Source: Polyangiales bacterium
GTDB taxonomy: Bacteria; Myxococcota_A; Polyangia; Polyangiales; JAFGIB01
Direction: 5' to 3'
DNA length: 52,914 bases
Assembly (NCBI GenBank): GCA_035687405.1
Contig: DASRXR010000355.1
Location: 1 to 52,914 of the forward strand
Shown here: piece by piece, positions 9,336-18,052 of the stretch
How the letters are laid out: every line of letters begins with the position of its first letter
Position numbering within the stretch: the first letter of the stretch is position 1
The notes under the pieces: generated by a model
Told to the model about the DNA's origin: nothing
Database searches by the model: none
The model's input: only the letters and a program-made list of their open reading frames with translations
Position numbers and translations under genes: made by a program

Positions 9336-12300
9336 ATGCTCGAAAGAATCGTAGTAGCCTCCATTCAGGCGCGCGGCGCGGTCGTCGCTCTGCTCTTCAT
9401 GTTGATCGCCGCCGGTGGCTTCGCGGCAGCGCATCTGCCGATCGACGCGATGCCGGACGTCTCGACCGTGCAAGTCTCGGTGCTCACGCGCACCGGTGGC
9501 TTGTCTGCGGTCGAGGCGGAGAACGCGGTGTCGATCCCGATCGAAAACGCGCTGAACGGCGTGCCCGGGGCGATCGAGATTCGAAGCATGGCGGACAGTG
9601 GCGTCACATCGGTCACGGTCGTGTTCAGCGACGACACCGACCCCTGGGCTGCGCGGCAGCTCGTGCTCGAACGCCTGCGCGGAATCGAAGACTTGCTTCC
9701 AAACGGCGCATCGACGCCCGAGCTCGCGCCGATTTCGAGCGGTCTCGGCGAGATCTACACGTTCGTCGTGCGGTCGAACCACCACACGCCGATGCAGCTG
9801 CGCACGTTGCTCGACTGGGAGATCGTGCCGAAGCTGCGCAGCGTCGCCGGCGTGATCGAAGTCAACACGCAAGGCGGCGATCTCAAGCAGTACCACGTGC
9901 TCGTGGATCGCGATCGCCTCGGCGCCCAAGGCATCACGCTCAGCCAAGTCGTCGACGCGCTCGAGGCCGCGAACAAGAACGCGGGCGGCGGCTACATGGA
10001 CCGCGGCTCCGAGTCGTACGTGGTGCGCGGCGAGGGATTGTTGAAGGACGAGCAGGACATCGCCGATGTCGCGCTTCGAGCGGAGCCGGGCAAGTCGCCG
10101 GTCCTCGTCCGGCACGTCGCCGAAGTGAAAATCGGTTCGGCGTTGCGCTACGGCACGGTGACGCGGGCGGGGGAGGGTGAAGCCGTCAGCGGCACGGTGA
10201 TGATGCTGCTCGGGTCGAACAGCCGCGAGGTCGTGACGGCGGTCGGTTCGAAGGTCGAAGAGATCCGGAAGTCGTTGCCGACCGGCGTGAGCATCGACGT
10301 GATCTACGATCGCTCGGACTTCGTCGGGCGCACCTTGCAGACAGTCATGACGAACCTCGCGGAAGGCATCGCGATCGTGATGGTCGTGCTGGCGTTGTTC
10401 CTCGGGACGTTGCGCGGCGCGCTCGCGGTCGTCCTCGGGATTCCCGCCGCGATGTCGGTCGCGCTGATCGGAATGCACGCGTTCGGGGTGACGGGTGACT
10501 TGATGTCGCTCGGTGCGATCGACTTCGGGTTTCTAGTCGATGGTCCGATCGTTGTGCTCGAAGCGGTGATCGCAGCGACGACGGGTCGCAAGCTGATCGG
10601 CGCTGCGCGCGCCCACGCGTATTCCGACGTGGCGAAGCTCGCGGCTCGCCCAGTCGGCTTTGCAGTCGCGATCATCATGCTCGTGTACGTGCCGCTGCTG
10701 ACGCTCGAGGGTGTCGAGGGCAAGATGTTCCGCCCGATGGCGCTCACGATGGCACTCGCGTTGTTCGGCGCGCTGGTCTACGCGATCGTGTTCTTTCCAG
10801 CCGTCCTCACGTTCCTCGTGCCGCCGAAGGCTGCGCACGGCCCGGCTTGGATGGATCGCCTCGCGACGCTGTACACGAACTTCATGCCGCGCATCATTCA
10901 GTTCCGTTATCTGTTCATTGCGGTGGCGGTCGTCGCGCTGGGCGTGACCGGGTTTCTGTTCGCGCGCAGCGGTGCCGAGTTCGTGCCGCGGATCTTCGAG
11001 GGTGATGCCGTCGTGACGATCCGGCGTGCGCCGAGCATCTCGCTCGCGCAAGCGCGCGAGCTCGACTTGGCAGCGCAAAGGGTCCTGCACACCTTTCCCG
11101 AAGTCGTGACGACGCTCGGCCTGAACGGACGGCCGGAAGTCGCAGTCGACGTGGTCGGTGCGGACAATACCGACGTGTTCGTGCGCTTGAAGCCGCTGAA
11201 GTCGTGGACGAGTGCAGACAGTTTCGATGGGCTCTCGGAAGCGTTCAAAAACGCGATCGAGAGCAAAGTGCCGGGCACTTACGTGTCGGTGTCGCAGCCG
11301 ATCGAGGACCGCACGAACGAGCTCATCAGTGGCTCGCGCGCGGATGTGTCGATTCAGATCTACGGCACGGAACTCGAAGACCTCGCGCGGCTCGCGGCGG
11401 AGACCAAAGAGATCGTGCGCGGGATCAGCGGCACGGGTGATGTCCGCGTCGAGCGCATCCTCGGGCAGCCCGTGCTCAGCGCGGTTGCGGACCGGCAGCG
11501 GATGGCTGCATACGGCGTGCGGTTGGACGACGCACTCACCGTGCTCGCTTCGACGCGGGAAGGCGTCGACGTGGGACAGATCTACGAAGGCCCGCGCCGG
11601 TTCGACTTGCGCGTGTTGCAGCCACCGTCGGAGCCGCGCCCGGAAGCGCTGGCAGAGCTCCGGGTGGAAACCATGACCGGAGAGACCGTGCGGCTCGGCG
11701 ACGTCCTGAAGGTCACGGAGGGCGAAGGCCCGGCGTCGGTGCGGCGCGTCAATCGCGAACGCGCCGTTCGCGTCGACGTGAACTTGCGCGGCCGCGACCT
11801 GCTGTCGTGGGTGCAGGAGGCACAAGGCACGGTCGGGCAGAAGCTGCCGCTCGCGGCCGGCTATCACTTGGAGTGGGGCGGCCAGTTCGAAAACTTCAAC
11901 CGTGCCCAAGCGCGCTTGAAGGTCGTGATCCCGGTCGTGGTCGCGATCATCTTCGGCATGTTGTTGATCATGTTTCGCAACGTGCGCTTTGCAGCCGCCG
12001 TGTTTGCGACGGTCCCGCTGTCGCTCGCGGGCGGAATGTTGGGCTTACTGCTCCGTGACATGCCGTTTTCGCTGTCTGCCGCTGTCGGCTTCATCGCGCT
12101 CGGCGGCATCGCCGTGCTCAACGGTGTCGTGATGGGGCAAGAAGTGCAGCACTTGCTGTCGCGGGGTGTACCGCTGGCGCGGGCGGTCTCGCAGGGCTCG
12201 AGTGGTGTGATTCGCGCGGTGCTCACGACCACGGCGGTGGCTGCGCTCGGCTTTTTGCCTATGGCTTTGTCGAGCGGTGCAGGTTCCGAGGTCCAGCGGC

Positions 12301-12470
12301 CGCTCGCGACTGCGGTGGCGGTCGGCATCGCACTCGGCGCGGTCACGACGTTGTTCGTCTTGCCCGGTCTATTCACGATCTTCCTGCGCGGCTATTCGGT
12401 GCGGCCTGCCACCCCGGATGCGGTCGAAGCCGAGCCCGCTGCAGCGAAACATACTGCTGTCGTGACCTAG
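9336..12470 (+). CDS. Heavy-metal-efflux RND transporter permease (CzcA/CusA family)
   Basis: 1044 aa. The N-terminus IDAMPDVSTVQVSVLT is like CzcA/CusA. The TM4 proton-relay signature AIDFGFLVDGPIVVLEA has the D, D and E of the HME motif DFG-DGA-VEN conserved. Confidence 0.9.
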   Translation: MLERIVVASIQARGAVVALLFMLIAAGGFAAAHLPIDAMPDVSTVQVSVLTRTGGLSAVEAENAVSIPIENALNGVPGAIEIRSMADSGVTSVTVVFSDDTDPWAARQLVLERLRGIEDLLPNGASTPELAPISSGLGEIYTFVVRSNHHTPMQLRTLLDWEIVPKLRSVAGVIEVNTQGGDLKQYHVLVDRDRLGAQGITLSQVVDALEAANKNAGGGYMDRGSESYVVRGEGLLKDEQDIADVALRAEPGKSPVLVRHVAEVKIGSALRYGTVTRAGEGEAVSGTVMMLLGSNSREVVTAVGSKVEEIRKSLPTGVSIDVIYDRSDFVGRTLQTVMTNLAEGIAIVMVVLALFLGTLRGALAVVLGIPAAMSVALIGMHAFGVTGDLMSLGAIDFGFLVDGPIVVLEAVIAATTGRKLIGAARAHAYSDVAKLAARPVGFAVAIIMLVYVPLLTLEGVEGKMFRPMALTMALALFGALVYAIVFFPAVLTFLVPPKAAHGPAWMDRLATLYTNFMPRIIQFRYLFIAVAVVALGVTGFLFARSGAEFVPRIFEGDAVVTIRRAPSISLAQARELDLAAQRVLHTFPEVVTTLGLNGRPEVAVDVVGADNTDVFVRLKPLKSWTSADSFDGLSEAFKNAIESKVPGTYVSVSQPIEDRTNELISGSRADVSIQIYGTELEDLARLAAETKEIVRGISGTGDVRVERILGQPVLSAVADRQRMAAYGVRLDDALTVLASTREGVDVGQIYEGPRRFDLRVLQPPSEPRPEALAELRVETMTGETVRLGDVLKVTEGEGPASVRRVNRERAVRVDVNLRGRDLLSWVQEAQGTVGQKLPLAAGYHLEWGGQFENFNRAQARLKVVIPVVVAIIFGMLLIMFRNVRFAAAVFATVPLSLAGGMLGLLLRDMPFSLSAAVGFIALGGIAVLNGVVMGQEVQHLLSRGVPLARAVSQGSSGVIRAVLTTTAVAALGFLPMALSSGAGSEVQRPLATAVAVGIALGAVTTLFVLPGLFTIFLRGYSVRPATPDAVEAEPAAAKHTAVVT

Positions 12471-15400
12471 CGCTGGCCTGACTCGAGCGCACGTGTGCGC
12501 AGGAACGGATGCGTGCTCTGAACCGCCGCTTCGGCTTTTGGAGCGGCGGGTGCGATCTCCAACCAGCAGCGCGTGCGCTGAAACGGATAACTCGGCAGCG
12601 CGATCTTGGGGCGTTCGAAACCGGCGTGGAACGCGTTGAAATCGAGCGCCGAACCTTGCTCGTAGAGCGCAGCTACGTTTTGCAGAAGTGCGAGGTAGCT
12701 GCAGCCTTCGGCGGCAACTTGGACCTGTCGTTCTGCGTCGAGTTGCTCCAGCGCAGCCAGGTGGCGCTCCGCGTCTGCCGGCGCGTACAAGTGCGCCAGC
12801 CAGTATTTTTGGTCGAGCGTCTCCCGAGTCGTGACGACGCGCCCGTGGCTTGCAGCCAGGAGCGGCAGGGACGGTGGCGTGTAGTCGACCGCCGCGAGCG
12901 CGGTCTTGAACTGGTGCAGGGTCTGACGCACGCGCGCGCCGGGTACGAGCGACCGGAGCAGCAGCTCGCGCCGCGCGGCGAGCCGGAGCGCGTCGTGCCA
13001 TCCGAGCGCACCTGCCGCACAGGCGGCTGCAAACTCGCCGGTCCCGCTGCCCGCGATGATGGCCGGCGCGACTCGCCAATACTCGAGCAAAGTGTGCAAC
13101 GCGTACTGCAGAACCACGCCGCTCGTCTGCGGGAACTCGAGCCTCGGCCCTGATTCGTTGGACAGCAGCTGCGGCAGCGGATCAGTATCGAGCACGGCCT
13201 CGACGATCCGCGCTCCGCGCTCGAGTGCGCGCTGGAACATCGGCTCCGCTTCGTAGAGCTCGCGAGCGACTCCGGCACGTGGCACGCGCTCATTGAACAC
13301 GAACACGATGCGCGGCTCGCGGCGGTGCGCGGTCAGTGTGGCTGTGCTCGCGATGCGCGCGAGCCCCGCCCGCATCTCCGAAGGGTCACTGGCGACGATC
13401 GCCGCGCGGTAGGCGAAGTGATCGCGACCCGCGTTCATCGTGAAGCAGACCGACGACAGCGTCTCCTCGGAGATCCGCGGGAGGAGGTCGGCGGCGAGCT
13501 CACGCAGGGCCTCGGGATCTTTCGCGGAGAGCGCGAGTAGCTCGTAGCGGCGCGTGATGCTCGGCGCTCGAGCGATGCGCTCGGAGCTCTCACGCAACAC
13601 GACGTGTGCGTTGGTGCCTCCGAAGCCGAATGCACTGATCCCGGCAAAGCGCGTGCGCGCCGAGCGTGGCCACGGCACAGCGCGCGCCGGGATCGCGAGC
13701 CCGAGTGAGTCGAGGTCGAGGTGCGGGGAGACGTTCTTCAGGTGTAGATGTGCCGGCAGAGATTCGTGGCTGAGCGCGAGGGCAGTCTTGATCACGCCCG
13801 CGATCCCCGACGCCGCTTCGAGGTGCCCGAGATTCGTCTTCACCGAGCCGACGTAGCAGCGCGAACCGCCCGTGCGCGCGAACACTCGGCCGAGCGCGCC
13901 GAGCTCGACAGCATCCGACACCGGCGTTCCGACGCCGTGCGCTTCGATGTAGTCGAGCTGATCTGGACCGACGTTTGCGGAGTGCAATGCGGCTCGCAGC
14001 AGCCGCTCTTGTGCGGGCAGGCTCGGCGCCATCAATCCGTTCGAGCAGCCGTCGTGATTGGTCGCAGAGCCTTCGACGCGCGCGTAGATCCGATCGGCCG
14101 CAGCTTCGGCATCGGAGAGGCGCTTCAGCACGATGACCCCGCAGCCTTCGCTGCGCACGAACCCGTCTGCGCTCGCGTCGAATGTCTTGCAACGGCCATC
14201 CTTTGCGAGCGCGCGAGACTTGGCGAAAAAAACACCCGGCTCGGGCGCAAGCACCGCGTTGACTCCGCCCACGATCGCGACACTGCACTCGCGCCGGCGT
14301 AGACTTTCGCTCGCGAGGTGGAGCGCGACCAGCGAGGACGAACACGCGGTGTCGATCGTCATGCTCGGTCCGCGCAGGTCGAGCGTGTAAGAGACGCGAT
14401 TGGCGACGACACTCTTCGCGTGGCCCGTCCCGTAGTCCGCATCGATCAGCGACAGCTGACCGGCGTGCAAGAGCGCGTAGTCGTTCGTGCACACGCCCGC
14501 AAACACGCCCGCGTCCGTCTCGCGCAAAGTCGAAGCTGGAATGCCGGCGTCTTCGAGCGCGGCCCACGTCAGCTCGAGAAACAAACGCTGCTGCGGGTCC
14601 ATCCGGGCGGCTTCGCGCCTCGAGACGCCGAAAAACAGAGGATCGAAGCGATCGATGTCTTCGATGAAGCCACCGAACTGCGCGCCACTCGCCGCGAGCT
14701 CCGGGCGGTCCGGCGGCAACTCACCGATGGCATCGCGCCCAGACGCCAGAAGATCCCAAAAGCCTTCGAGGTTTGGAGCCCCGGGGAAGCGGCAACTCAT
14801 GCCGATGATCGCGATCGAGTCTCGGTTGTCGTGTGGCTCCGGACGTTCGCGCCGGTCGCTGCGCGCGCGAGGCGGAGGGGTCGCGCCGGCGGAGAGTGCG
14901 GTCGCTAGCGCGGCGATCGTCGGCTGTTCGTAACTGAGGGTGGACGGAAGCGCCTCGTCCAAAAACTCTTCGAGCGCCGCGGTCAGCTCGGCCGCGTGCA
15001 GCGAGTCGATGCCGTAGCGCGCGAGCGGCGCGTGCTCGTCGATCTCGCTCGGTTCCAGCTTTGCGAGTTGTGCGACTCGGGACCGGAGGAATTGCGTGAT
15101 CGCGTCGTGGCGAGCGCCGCCGACGGGTTGCGTACGCGTCACGGCGCGACCGCGGTCCCCGTTCGAGATCTCGCCGTTGAGCGCAGACAGCTCTTGGGTC
15201 TTTACACTCGCGTCCCAGCGCGCAACCACGTCCAGTCCGCCGTCGAGGTACGCGCGCTTCATGGTCTGCCGCTGCACCTTGCCGCTCGCGGTCCGGGCAA
15301 CGGTGCCGCGCTTCACGATTGCGCAGGCGTGCAGCGACAACCCGTGCAGTTGGCGGACGGTCTCGAGCACTTCGGAGATGAGAGTCTCGGCGTCGGCGTG

Positions 15401-16870
15401 CTGGCGGTGATCGATCTCCTGGACGACGACGACGCGCTCTTGGCCGTCGACCTCGACTGAAAACGCGGCGCCGGGCTCGGCCCGAAGTGCGGGATGGATC
15501 GCTTGCACCGTCCGCTCGATGTCGTGCGGGTAGTGGTTCTGACCGCGGATGACAATCAGATCGCTTAGTCGCCCCGTCACGAACAAGGCCCCGTTCAGGA
15601 CGAAACCGAGGTCGCCAGTGCGAAGGAACGGCCCTTCGTCCAAACCGGCGATACGCGCCTGAAAGCGTTCGCGCGTCGCTTCGGGTCGCTTCCAGTAGCC
15701 GGTTGCGACGCTGGCACCTGACACCCAGATCTCGCCGATCTGACTGTCGCCGAGTTGGATCTGACTGTCAGGGTCTACGATCCGTACGCGGGTCGCCGTC
15801 GCGGACTGGCCACAACTGACGACAGACACGACGCGACCGCCGGCAGTCCCGCGCCGCGCCTGATGGTGTTCGAGGGCGGTCGCGTCGATCGTTTCCACGA
15901 CGGGCAGTGTTTCCGGTGAGCCGCCTGCGACGAACAGCGTAGCTTCGGCGAGGCCATAACAAGGAAAGAAGGCGCGGCGCTCGAAACCACTCGAAGCGAA
16001 CGCGGTCGCGAACGCGTCGAGCGTGTCCGGATGAATCGGTTCCGCGCCGTTACACACGACGCGGAGACTCGACAGGTCGAGCCCGGCGCGTTGCGCCTCC
16101 GGGATGCGACGCACGCATAGATCGAAAGCGAAGTTCGGAGCCATCGTCACGCTGGCACGCCGCTCGCTGATTTCGGCGAGCCAGCGCCGCGGCCGGCGAA
16201 TGAACGACTCGGGCGGCAAGATGTACGTCGCGACGCCGGCGAACAACGGCCAGAAGATGCCGCCGAGCAGCCCCATGTCATGGTACGGCGGTAACCAGGT
16301 TACGAGAACGTCGCTCGAGCTGAGTTGGGTAGCGTCCGTGATCGCGACCAAGTTCGCGGTCAGCTGCCGCAAGCTCACCGCAACGCCCTTCGGCGTAGAC
16401 GTCGAGCCCGATGTGTATTGAAGCAGACACACGGCGTCGGGATCGAGCGACCATGTGAGCTGCGGTGCCTCGAGTGCGCCGGCGAGCAGTGTCTCGAGCC
16501 GAAGCGTTTCGACTTGCAACACTTCACTCGTCGCGCCGCCTACGGTCAGCGCGCAACGCACGCCCGCGTCCGACAGGATCGATGCGATGCGCTGATTCGC
16601 GCGCGACAGGCGCAGCGACGTCGCAGGATAGGCCGGCACCATGATCGCTCCGGCATACACGCAGCCGAGCAGGCATGAGACGTAGTCCAAACCCGCGGGC
16701 GCTGCGACGAGCACCGGCTGCCCAGCTAGGCCACGCGCACGTAGCGCGTGCGCAACGCAGAGTGCTCTCGTCCGCAACACGTGCAGCGGGCAACCATCGA
16801 AAGTCAGCGTGTCGGGCGCCGACAGGAAGCGCCCTTCCAATACGTCGATCAACGTCAGCGGGTGAGTCAT
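12467..16870 (-). CDS. Polyketide synthase with lipid-loading module: FAAL - ACP - KS - degenerate AT - DH N-terminal stub
   Basis: This is track ORF 12467..16939. I prefer the ATG at 16870 (MTHPLTLIDVLEG), giving 1467 aa. Domain motifs are listed in the domain features below. The stop shares the tetranucleotide CTAG (12467-12470) with the convergent czcA-like stop. Confidence 0.9.
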   Translation of the reverse strand: MTHPLTLIDVLEGRFLSAPDTLTFDGCPLHVLRTRALCVAHALRARGLAGQPVLVAAPAGLDYVSCLLGCVYAGAIMVPAYPATSLRLSRANQRIASILSDAGVRCALTVGGATSEVLQVETLRLETLLAGALEAPQLTWSLDPDAVCLLQYTSGSTSTPKGVAVSLRQLTANLVAITDATQLSSSDVLVTWLPPYHDMGLLGGIFWPLFAGVATYILPPESFIRRPRRWLAEISERRASVTMAPNFAFDLCVRRIPEAQRAGLDLSSLRVVCNGAEPIHPDTLDAFATAFASSGFERRAFFPCYGLAEATLFVAGGSPETLPVVETIDATALEHHQARRGTAGGRVVSVVSCGQSATATRVRIVDPDSQIQLGDSQIGEIWVSGASVATGYWKRPEATRERFQARIAGLDEGPFLRTGDLGFVLNGALFVTGRLSDLIVIRGQNHYPHDIERTVQAIHPALRAEPGAAFSVEVDGQERVVVVQEIDHRQHADAETLISEVLETVRQLHGLSLHACAIVKRGTVARTASGKVQRQTMKRAYLDGGLDVVARWDASVKTQELSALNGEISNGDRGRAVTRTQPVGGARHDAITQFLRSRVAQLAKLEPSEIDEHAPLARYGIDSLHAAELTAALEEFLDEALPSTLSYEQPTIAALATALSAGATPPPRARSDRRERPEPHDNRDSIAIIGMSCRFPGAPNLEGFWDLLASGRDAIGELPPDRPELAASGAQFGGFIEDIDRFDPLFFGVSRREAARMDPQQRLFLELTWAALEDAGIPASTLRETDAGVFAGVCTNDYALLHAGQLSLIDADYGTGHAKSVVANRVSYTLDLRGPSMTIDTACSSSLVALHLASESLRRRECSVAIVGGVNAVLAPEPGVFFAKSRALAKDGRCKTFDASADGFVRSEGCGVIVLKRLSDAEAAADRIYARVEGSATNHDGCSNGLMAPSLPAQERLLRAALHSANVGPDQLDYIEAHGVGTPVSDAVELGALGRVFARTGGSRCYVGSVKTNLGHLEAASGIAGVIKTALALSHESLPAHLHLKNVSPHLDLDSLGLAIPARAVPWPRSARTRFAGISAFGFGGTNAHVVLRESSERIARAPSITRRYELLALSAKDPEALRELAADLLPRISEETLSSVCFTMNAGRDHFAYRAAIVASDPSEMRAGLARIASTATLTAHRREPRIVFVFNERVPRAGVARELYEAEPMFQRALERGARIVEAVLDTDPLPQLLSNESGPRLEFPQTSGVVLQYALHTLLEYWRVAPAIIAGSGTGEFAAACAAGALGWHDALRLAARRELLLRSLVPGARVRQTLHQFKTALAAVDYTPPSLPLLAASHGRVVTTRETLDQKYWLAHLYAPADAERHLAALEQLDAERQVQVAAEGCSYLALLQNVAALYEQGSALDFNAFHAGFERPKIALPSYPFQRTRCWLEIAPAAPKAEAAVQSTHPFLRTRALESGQR
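12470..12517 (-). other. N-terminal stub of a PKS dehydratase domain (HPFL motif) at the extreme C-terminus
   Basis: The protein ends ...QSTHPFLRTRALESGQR*. HP[LF]L-x-R is the canonical start of PKS DH domains. Confidence 0.55.
12575..13315 (-). other. Degenerate, shortened acyltransferase-like domain (active-site Ser lost)
   Basis: FVFNERVPRAGV replaces F-x-F-x-GQG-x-Q-x-x-GM. GSGTGEFAAACAAGAL (GSGTG encoded at 13037-13051) replaces GHS-x-GE. AASH replaces HAFH/YASH. The post-AT linker SYPFQRTRCWL is retained. Confidence 0.75.
13586..14818 (-). other. Ketosynthase domain with an intact Cys-His-His triad
   Basis: IAIIGMSCRFPGA, DTACSSSLVALHLA (Cys codon at about 14342-14344), EAHGVGTPVSD, KTNLGHLEAASG and FGFGGTNAHVVL. 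Confidence 0.9.
14885..15109 (-). other. Acyl carrier protein domain (ACP1)
   Basis: LARYGIDSLHAAELTAALEEF. The phosphopantetheine Ser in DSL is encoded at about 15002-15004. Confidence 0.85.
15206..16870 (-). other. Fatty acyl-AMP ligase (FAAL) domain
   Basis: LLQYTSGSTSTPKGVAVS, WLPPYHDMGLLGGIF, MAPNFAFDLC, FPCYGLAEATLFV, GEIWVSGASVATGYWKRPEAT, LRTGDLGFVLNGALFVTGRLSDLIVIRGQNHYPHDIE and RTASGKVQR together form a FadD32/FAAL-type motif set. Confidence 0.85.
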
Positions 16871-17065
16871 TGAGTTACAGCGCAAGCGAAGACGAACCCG
16901 TCCGAGCGCGACCTGATGGCGCACGGCAGGCGAGTGCAAAGTGTGGCGTGTCAGCGCACCAGCAGGGGCGAGCGCAATTACGCCATAGCCAACAAGTGTC
17001 TACATGCCTAGCCGGCTACGACCGGTCAAGCGAAATGCGTCGGGATGCGTTGGAATAAACATTCG

Positions 17066-17095
17066 CGTGCGCGTTCGTTCGTTCGAACGCGCACG
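17066..17095. promoter_or_regulatory. Perfect 12-bp inverted repeat CGTGCGCGTTCG-N6-CGAACGCGCACG in the divergent PKS/NRPS promoter region
   Basis: Read directly from the sequence. The arms are at 17066-17077 and 17084-17095 with spacer TTCGTT. It lies about 195 nt from the PKS ATG and about 170 nt from the NRPS ATG. Confidence 0.45.
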
Positions 17096-17138
17096 TCGTG
17101 TCGAGGACGAGCCGAACATCCATCGATCGAGACATTGC

Positions 17139-17227
17139 AACGCGGCTTAGCAACGCGCCTTGCGTCACATTGATAGTTACATCGGTGTGTCCGCGACCAA
17201 TGCGGCTTGCGACCGAACGCGGCTTAG
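17139..17227 (+). repeat. Three copies of a 12-mer upstream of the NRPS gene: AACGCGGCTTAG (17139-17150), AATGCGGCTTGC (17199-17210), AACGCGGCTTAG (17216-17227)
   Basis: Read directly from the sequence. Two copies are exact and one matches 10/12. All are in the same orientation and lie within 130 nt of the ATG at 17267. Confidence 0.5.
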
Positions 17228-17266
17228 TCGTAAGGGTTCAATCCAATCCGGTTAGTTGGTGTCGCA

Positions 17267-18052
17267 ATGGCTCATGCGTTCGAGTTGTCCGCAGAGATAG
17301 TCGAATCATTGTCTAGTCCGCGATTTGACTGTCAGACGGAGTTGGGGTGGGGAGGGTTGCTCGAGTGGTCGATCGCGGTGCGTCGCGTGACGTCGAACGA
17401 GAACGCAGAGTCGGACGCCGCCTATCCAATCCGGCTAGGGCGCGTCACGTGGCACGCGGCGGAGCCGACGGCGGGCGAGCCGCTGTATTGCCGGACGCAG
17501 CCAGGCGGGCCGTTGCTCGTAACCACCGGACCGCGCAGCGGTGGGCGGTTGCTGCTGAGCGCGACATCGGCTGAAGCAGAGCCGGTCGCGCGTTTACCTT
17601 CGGTCGCATTCCCAATCGGCGAGCTCGGCCAACGCGTCGGCGAAGGACAGTTCTACGCGGAGCTCACCGCGCGCGGGTTTGAAATTGAAACAAACGCGCG
17701 CGTTGTCGAGTACGCATGCTTCAGGCAAGACGCCGCGGTCGCGGTGCTCGCCGCGCCGTCGAATCTCGAAGCCGGGTTCATCCTCGGTCCGAGCGCGCTC
17801 GACGCCGCGCTTTACGTTGCGTTCGCCTACGCGCAGCGCGCGATCGGAGAAGCCAGCGAGCCGCCGCGGTCGGGCCCTTTGCCCGCGATCGAGGATGTGG
17901 TCGTAGTCGCTTCGGGAGTTCCGCGGACGATCATCGTTCGTGCCAGACCTCGCACGACTCGAACGCAGCTCGACGTAAGCCTGCTGGACGTCCACGGCAT
18001 GGAGCTCGCCAAACTCGAAGGTGTCACGTTCGAGAGTCGCGCGGCCGAAGCC
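17267..18052 (+). other. PKS dehydratase-like double-hotdog region, catalytically degenerate
   Basis: AFELSAEI aligns to the [FW]E-x-x-LS that follows HPLL. RFDCQTELGWGGLLEW sits where L-x-DH-x-V-x-G...PG-x-x-x-LE is expected, with His replaced by Cys. FYAELTARGFEIETNA aligns to YGP-x-F. GPSALDAALYV aligns to HP-ALLD-x-x-x-Q, with the Asp retained. Confidence 0.55.

Noticed and set aside
8858-10180. A 440-aa plus-strand ORF in an alternative frame across the MFP/RND junction. Similar long alternative-frame or antisense ORFs occur at 10533-11909, 23368-24438, 25822-26736, 39687-41372 and 50656-52080.
   Set aside because: All are extremely Arg/Gly/Ala-rich with no motifs. Each overlaps a confidently assigned gene in another frame or on the other strand.
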